From NCBI GenBank assembly GCA_030141605.1, contig JAQGDQ010000009.1:1178001-1242000 (forward strand): a DNA stretch of 64,000 nt. The letters run 5' to 3'. Below, one piece after another: positions 56,823-64,000 of this stretch. Numbering within the stretch: position 1 is the stretch's first letter; each line of letters begins with the position of its first letter. The notes below the pieces were generated by a model, which was not told where the DNA came from, made no database searches, and was given only the letters and a program-made list of their open reading frames with translations. This stretch comes from Tubiluchus corallicola. Its lineage: Eukaryota > Animalia > Priapulida. Made by a program: the position numbers and the translations under genes.

Positions 56823-59774
56823 ATGCTAAAAATGAGTGACAACGTAAATGAAATTGTGAGTGAAGGATGTGATAATTGTTTAAAGTTGCAGCAGGTAAGC
56901 AATGTTTTGGCAGAATGATAACGAGGCTTAGTATTTACTGGTGAATAGAACGTTTGTAACATGGAATTATATCATTTTATTGATGTAACGGTACTGTGGT
57001 TGCAGAGATCCATATGTTTCCCGAAAAGAAAGGAGATTTATGGCGTTACAACATCTTGACGAAGTTCCAGCTTTTGCCAAGTTTTGGTTCTGGGTGCACT
57101 GCAATTTTGGACATTTTGAAAGCGTATTCTTTTAACATTTATATGTGAGAGTGAAATGGGACATTGCAAATGCGAGTGTGACATGCAGAATGAGGGTGAC
57201 TTGCTAACTGTGTGGTAGAGGAGACACATCTTACAAAACTTCAGATTTCACTGTATAGTTGCGCCAAGCTTAATTGATTATTTTGCTTTTTAGTTAAAGC
57301 GTGACTGGACTCCATTTATCTGAAATATTGGGTTATCTGGGCCAACTTATCCTGACTAGATAACAAAAACTGCAATTCATAGTTTTATCCGTTTTAATTT
57401 TAACACTGTGCTGACTGATGCAATGTGTATTGAAGTGTTTTGTACATGTTCACCATTCTTGCTTCTTTTGTTTTGTAGAAGAATTCTTTTACCTTTTCTG
57501 AAGGAAAATAACAAAAAACACCTTAATGAATATCGTATGAAATCTGTGGCAATTGTAACATTAAATGCACTAGCACAAATAATGGCAGACAGAGTCTGTG
57601 GGGATCCGCCACAAAAAAGGAATAATTTCTAAATCTCGTATCCTGTTATAACTCGAGTAGGTTGTTTGGGACACCGTGAGGATTTGTTGGGCAAGAAGAC
57701 AGATATTCCAACTCTCCCAGGAGACCCCCACATTTAGTTGTAACCCCCTTTATTCCGGTTTTGAAATATTTCTCCTCCAGTATTTTATACCAATTGTTAC
57801 TTAAACATAAGCATTACACAAAAGATGATCAGATCACAATGAAGTAAGATATCCCCTACCTGCCTATTTTGTCTTGAAATAGCATCACTCCTGCTTTCCC
57901 CCGCTAGACAGTGCAAAAAATAAATCAGGAAATGTAGCAGGTAAAATAGGTGTGCACAGCTGCACTTAATAATACCAACACTGGAGATTAGGAACTTTTA
58001 GCTAATGAAACCACTAAAGTGAGGAAACTTCAACCAGTTTGACATTCAAAGTTAATTCCAATATGCAAGCCTTGATTAAGCAAATTAGATGAACGATTAT
58101 CCGGAATGTTGAAATCTTACTTGAGGTCCCACTGGAGAATTTCCATTTTGGGGTTGTTTGTGTTATGTTTAGTTTGCATTTAGTGTTGCTATTAGAATAT
58201 ATAATAAATATTTAGTTATATATATTAGAAATATGTATATGTGAATGTATTTGAAACTGAATCTGCCAGCTAAGGTTTTCACCAAATTTTCAGTTTACCA
58301 TAAAAGCAAGTATATGAGATTAACCATGCAGATTGCAAACAATTTTCTAGGCTTTGGGGAATTCCCTATACTGAGGAATTGAGACATCAAGGATTTTTCT
58401 ATACAGTAGTGTATATATCCCGATTTACAGTACAATAGGCCCATCTGTACGTCCTGTCGTGTACTCTTTGAATTTCTAGTGGTGATCATATTGTGCAGGG
58501 AAACCAATATGAAGCAATATGAAGGGCTGTGTAATGTACCTACTGCTGGTGCTCAAAGATTTAGATGGTACTAGATATAGAAGCAAGAAACCATTTGTGT
58601 ACCTTCATGTAATAGTTTATATTAAACTATAAAAGTTTAAAAGTAATTTTAGTAAAGCAGTAAAGCAGAAAATTCAAAATGCTCTTATTATATGTTTTGT
58701 TTTTGTTTGTATGAAAACTGCATTCTTTCATTGTGTACTAATTTTGTCGAATAGAAAATATATGACTTTGAAATATTTTTATGTGATTCCTGTAGGTGTG
58801 TATGCTTACCAAAGCTGCTATACATTTTGAATTTTCTGTGTTTGAGGTTTAAGTTGTATAAGTTTTAAGTTTTTTTTTGTTTGTTTTTAGGACTTGGAAA
58901 AGTGTCAAGCAGATCAGATCTTGAACTTCAGGACTCTGAAGCAAAAAATTATCTCGACTGAGTAGGTCCACAGTTATATTCTTTAGGTTGATTAGAAAGA
59001 GGAAGCATTTTTGCTGAAATTAACATTGTGCTCAGACTTATTCTAAAACTTTTATGATCTTGTATTTTCTGACATTCCCTAATAAAATAATTAAGTGCAC
59101 TGCATTTTAAAACAAAATAAAGGTAAATATGAATTGAGTTGCAAATTACTGAACAATCACTGGTGATTTGCTAATATGAGTTGGCTGTGACTAAAAGTTA
59201 CCTTTCAGAGTATTAAATGTCTTAGAAAGAAATCACTTCTGGTCAGTTGTATATTTTCCATCGTAAAAGCGGCAAATTACTGCTACAGATGGCAAATGCA
59301 TTACAGAAACTCCTTGCTTAGCATTGAATTGTTTAGTAAAGAACTGTATTATTTTATCTTTCTTTGTCAATATTAGACTTGAATTTTTCTGACAGTCAGA
59401 TTCCTAATGTGATTTCTTTTTTCTTTTGCAGTATGTTAATCAAGAAGTACAGTTTGAAGTGTCAAGATATCCTTTAATACATTTGTTAAACAGTTAAACA
59501 TAATTTTTCCCCATGATTTGCTTCTGTTATATAATTGAATCATTTTCCGAGATTTTTTGTACCTGTATCAGTTTGTATGTAACGACTGCACTTCCTTTCA
59601 GTTACCAAAGCTATCCAATTTATGAACATTCTTTGATATTTTTCTAATAACATTTTCTGAAATTTTTCTTAACCACTTGCCACATTATGAATTTCAATCT
59701 CGGAAATTAGAAGAGTGTACAGCATTACTAGAAAAAGTGCAAAGGTAAGCATATAATTAAAAATTTTGCTATGC

Positions 59775-59829
<55 letters not shown>

Positions 59830-61297
59830 ATTGTATACTCATTAAGCTAACGCATCTACATACATATATTATATTATATTATATTATATTATATTATATT
59901 ATATTATATTATATTATATTATATTATATTATATTATATTATATTATATTATATTATATTATATTATATTACATTACATTACATTACATTACATTACATT
60001 ACATTACATTACATTACATTACATTACATTACATTACATTACATTACATTACATTACATTACATTACATTACATTACATTACATTACATTACATTACATT
60101 ATATTATATGTATGTATGTAGATGCGTTAGCTTAATGAGTGAAACCTTATGGCTACTTTAATAAAGGAAAGAGAATCACAGTTCTGTTGCATACATTTTG
60201 GTTGCTTAATCTAAGAGTAAGGATATGTAATGGAAATCACATTTGTTGTTCTTTGTGGTATATATTTATGTCACACGTATGTGTGCTTCGACTTCAAGTT
60301 GTTCTCGTCCCTTCCCTCTATGAGCTATATTTGTTCACATAGAAAATTTCTATGCATTAATTATTAATTACTTTGCCCTTTACAGCTTGTGGCTCACCTT
60401 TTAATATATGATAAACTGTAACAGTGTTAATTAAACATCATTATAGTTTATCATATATTAAAAGTTAAGTTATATTCATTCATTTGAAATCTATTCAAGG
60501 TTTAGTTAAACATTCTAACAGTATAAATATTGAGCAAGAAATTTCTGTTTCAGGGAATGTGCAGATTATGAGATTCAGCTTAGTCAACTGCTGAATGAAA
60601 CGAATGAGTTAAAGAAGATAAAATCTGATTATGAAACTGATAAAAAAGCTTTAGAAGAACAGCTGAGATCAACAAACGATAGTCTTCATGCTGCGCAGGT
60701 ATTTAGTTCTTTTTCAGTGATTATGGTCATTGTATCAGCTTTCCAATCATTTGCTAAATTTGTCTCTTTACACATGTATAATATTTGGCTTTGCAATGAG
60801 TAATGTAATTTTCGCATAAATGTTTAATTTTCATGGGAAAGACCAATAGTGCCTTGATAAAATCAGCCTACCGATTTTTTTTTGTAATTTTGTTGTATTT
60901 TTATTCACTTATAATATGTTAACACTAAAGAAATCTTATTTGACTACGAAATTATATTATGTTACTTGTATGTTTTTTTGTATTTTAGGCTTTTATTGGA
61001 AGGCAAATTATGTGGTTCGCCTTTTCTTACATATTGTAAAATGTTTTGTAGGTTATGTGTGAGCAGTACAAGACTAAACTAGAAGGAAAAGATGCTGAAT
61101 ATAGAAAACTTGTTGAAGATAAAGGCAAGGCGCAAGAGAGTTTGACACATATAAGACAAATGTAAGTATTTGTGTGCGAGAAATTGCACTTGTTGTACAA
61201 TAAAATTGTAATAAACGTTTAAGTAGAAAATTTAAAAATTAACGTTGTGTATTTTGCAGATCTACAAGGCATGAGTCGACAATTGAGAGACTGAAAG
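56823..61297 (+). CDS. ICE1: ICE1-like (little elongation complex subunit 1) N-terminal coiled-coil; 3' end not resolved in window
   Basis: Exons 56823-56894, 58891-58961, 59432-59466, 59684-59744, 60554-60698, 61052-61161, 61260-61297 in frame: CDNCLKLQQ...RTLKQKIISTDMLIKKYSLKCQDYEF, versus human ICE1 CQGCASLQQ...TLKQKIINTDNLLTEYQKKCDELQF (recalled), followed by heptad-rich sequence. Start may be 56823 or 56832. Confidence 0.78.
57703..57999. mobile_element. Possible degenerate hAT-like MITE in ICE1 intron 1
   Basis: cagatattccaactctccca ... ctggagattaggaacttt, a weak inverted similarity; no TSD identified. Confidence 0.25.
59467..59683 (+). other. U12-type AT-AC minor intron in ICE1 (217 nt)
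   Basis: 5' ATATCCTTT; branch TTTTCTTAAC ending 59673; 3' AC at 59682-59683; splicing keeps frame (KCQ-D-YEFQ). Confidence 0.92.
59775..60108. repeat. Compound microsatellite (AT)n(GT)n, then (ATATT)n(ACATT)n
   Basis: Seen directly; the pentamer block is enclosed by a perfect 30-bp inverted repeat (59837-59866 / 60111-60140). Confidence 0.97.
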
Positions 61298-62410
61298 GTA
61301 GGAATTTTAAGTTATTTGGTTTTTTTATTATGAGTGTTTCTTATTATAAAATTCTTATATGGTGTTATGGGTAGAAATTGACTGTTACAGTTACTTTCTT
61401 TTATTATGACTTTCAGTTCTTAGGTAAGTCCCTTTGTGCCTACCCTGTTTTTTCATCAATGCCAGCCTGCCAGACTTGCGTTCATTTCTTTTTCACTATT
61501 GTCATAATAACAATCAACATTTCCATTGTTTCCATAAGTGTAAAAATGTAGCGTTTAGCTTACTTCTAATGGTTTTCCACAGCTATATGGAAATCAGTTT
61601 ATTTACAATGTGCTAGCTAAGCTGTAGACCACAGAGATAGGAACTTCAGATTTTTCTTGAAACTTTGTTATAAAATTTATAAACAACTAGAATGAGTCTT
61701 AGCAGAGGACAGACCTCCAAGAGTCTGTTAGGCTGATCAGTCCAAAACATCCTAAAATTTACTAATGTTAGTAATGAGACAAAAAAAGAATAGTCTCTGA
61801 CTGAATTAAAAGTAAATGAAATACTGCGATTATATGCAGATTAAGTGAATTACATGGTCATATGTGAAAGCTTTAATGATAAATGCATTTATCAACTTAA
61901 CAAGTTCAGTATAACTGATCCAGAGTTGCATCATACTTTAGTGGATAATCTGCTGGTTTGTGTGTGTGGAAAAATCTCCTGGACTTAATGTAGATGCTAG
62001 TTGGTTTCATTCTAATATTCTACACTTGCGGAAAGTATTTCTTTTTACTTTTTACAACATCTTACTTTTCACTACTTAAAATACTGGAAACTATTAAAAA
62101 ATTGGTACAGAAAGCATTTATTGGCACATTATATAGAATTACCTTGTAAAAAATACATTATAGCAAGAATTTACTAGTCAAACTATTATATTATATGGCT
62201 CAAGAAAGGTAATAGTGGTACAGTAGTACTGACTGTATTTTTCAAATGCAAGACAAAATTCTTTTATTTTTCCGTGTTCTAACTTAATTAACGGACAGTT
62301 TCTATGACGGAATACATCTAGAATAAATTGAACTTATTTTCGTTATTCCCGCATTGGCATCTAAAAGATTAAAAGTGATGCTTTTAATGCGCAACTTTAA
62401 TTACATGCTT

Positions 62411-63230
62411 AGCTGAATCACAGATTAACAATGGTGACCAGTGTACATTGTTTCTGAATATGAATTTGTCACATCTAAGTTCCCACAATTCCAGCTGAAT
62501 CACAGATTAACAATGGTGACCAGTGTACATTGTTTCTGAATATGAATTTGTCACATCTAAGTTCCCACAATTCCAGCTGAATCACAGATTAAAAATGGTG
62601 ACCAGTGTACATTGTTTCTGAATATGAATTTGTCACATCTAAGTTCCCACAATTCCTGCTGAATCACAGATTAACAATGGTGACCTGTGTACATTGTTTT
62701 TGAATATGAATTTATCACATCTAAGTTCCCACAATTCTAGCTGAATCACAGATTAACAATGGTGACCAGTGTACATTGTTTCTGAATATGAATTTGTCAC
62801 ATCTAAGTTCCCACAATTCCAGCTGAATCACAGATTAACAATGGTGACCAGTGTACATTGTTTCTGAATATGAATTTGTCACGTCTAAGTTCCCACAATT
62901 CCAGCTGAATCACAGATTAACAATGGTGACCAGTGTACATTGTTTCTGAATATGAATTTGTCACGTCTAAGTTCCCACAATTCCAGCTGAATCACAGATT
63001 AAAAATGGTGACCAGTGTACATTGTTTCTGAATATGAATTTGTCACATCTAAGTTCCCACAATTCCTGCTAAATCACAGATTAACAATGGTGACCTGTGT
63101 ACATTGTTTCTGAATATGAATTTATCACATCTAAGTTCCCACAATTCCAGCTGAATCACAGATTAACAATGGTGACCAGTGTACATTGTTTCTGAATATG
63201 AATTTGTCACATCTAAGTTCCCACAGTTCC
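62411..63230. repeat. 82-bp minisatellite, 10 near-identical copies
   Basis: Unit agctgaatcacagattaacaatggtgaccagtgtacattgtttctgaatatgaatttgtcacatctaagttcccacaattcc starting at 62411, 62493, 62575 ... 63149. Confidence 0.97.
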
Positions 63231-64000
63231 ATCTGGCATAAGAAAAAGGATTCTTATATTTAATTTCAGATGTTCAGCTTTTAAGAAGCTTCCAAATTTT
63301 AGTGCAATTCAGCTAATATCATGCATTACTGTTATCTTATAGAATTAACTATTCTGAAATTGGTTTGAAAGTTAGATTAGGCAGATTTTCTTTGAGTTAT
63401 AATAATAGCAAGTGTGTGTAACTCATTAATAATTGATCAGTTTAAGAAAGTCACACTAACCAGGTAAAATGTTATTCGTATAAACGCTACTAATCACTGT
63501 TTTACAAATAACACTAGCATGTTGTTATAATTTGTTAGAAAGACCTACCCTTGCAGTCCTAATTAGCTGCGGCTGTACTTTAAATTGAGAAAATTTAATG
63601 GAATTGTCTGGTTAGAAGAATTTTGACTAATCATTATGACTAAAATTCTTGAAAATATCATATTATTGGAGCATGTTTTGCTAGCTTCGGAATAATTCGA
63701 TCTATTTAGAAAACACGGAGCTTTGAATTCATCTTACTATGGACTAAGGATTTTAATTTACAAATTTACATTTTATTATAATTATTGTGCTTCATAATGA
63801 CCACATGCCAAGTAAGCAACAAGCGTTTTATTATTGTAAGAGTCACGTCAACTTCGAAAGGAATTTGCTGTCGACTTTTTCCGGCCTCTGGTAGCCGACT
63901 TTTTTAGATTGTTCCGCTATTCTTTTCTGTTCATACTTGTGCAGGTAAGCACCTATCAGTAAGTTCACTATCAAAAGTGCTCCAGCTAAACTGAAAACAA

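Noticed and set aside
59766-60161. 131-aa ORF with ILYY/ITLHY repeats
   Set aside because: Translation of the intronic microsatellite.
62411-63230. CRISPR-like regular array
   Set aside because: Units are contiguous and near-identical with no unique spacers; eukaryotic context; no cas genes.

Overview
AT-rich, intron-containing genomic DNA from an animal (most likely a compact-genomed invertebrate; the species cannot be determined from the sequence alone). By hand-splicing I reconstructed nine protein-coding genes: the 5' part of TDRD9/spindle-E (minus, runs off the left edge), an intronless orphan class A GPCR, EFCAB7, TIGAR, LTO1/ORAOV1 (minus), SLX9/FAM207A, IFT80, an ankyrin-repeat gene nested antisense in an IFT80 intron, and the 5' part of an ICE1-like gene. 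Gene names rest on my recollection of the human protein sequences, not on a database search. Two AT-AC U12-type minor introns are present (IFT80, ICE1). Introns and spacers hold several MITEs with visible TIRs/TSDs, LINE remnants, microsatellites, an 82-bp minisatellite with higher-order structure, and a perfect 30-bp inverted repeat enclosing a microsatellite. The most notable points are the convergent TIGAR/LTO1 pair, which matches the expected pre-duplication state of the vertebrate CCND-FGF paralogons, the nested ankyrin gene, and the minor intron in the snRNA-transcription factor ICE1. I saw no prokaryotic-type system (CRISPR etc.) and no clearly new biological system.
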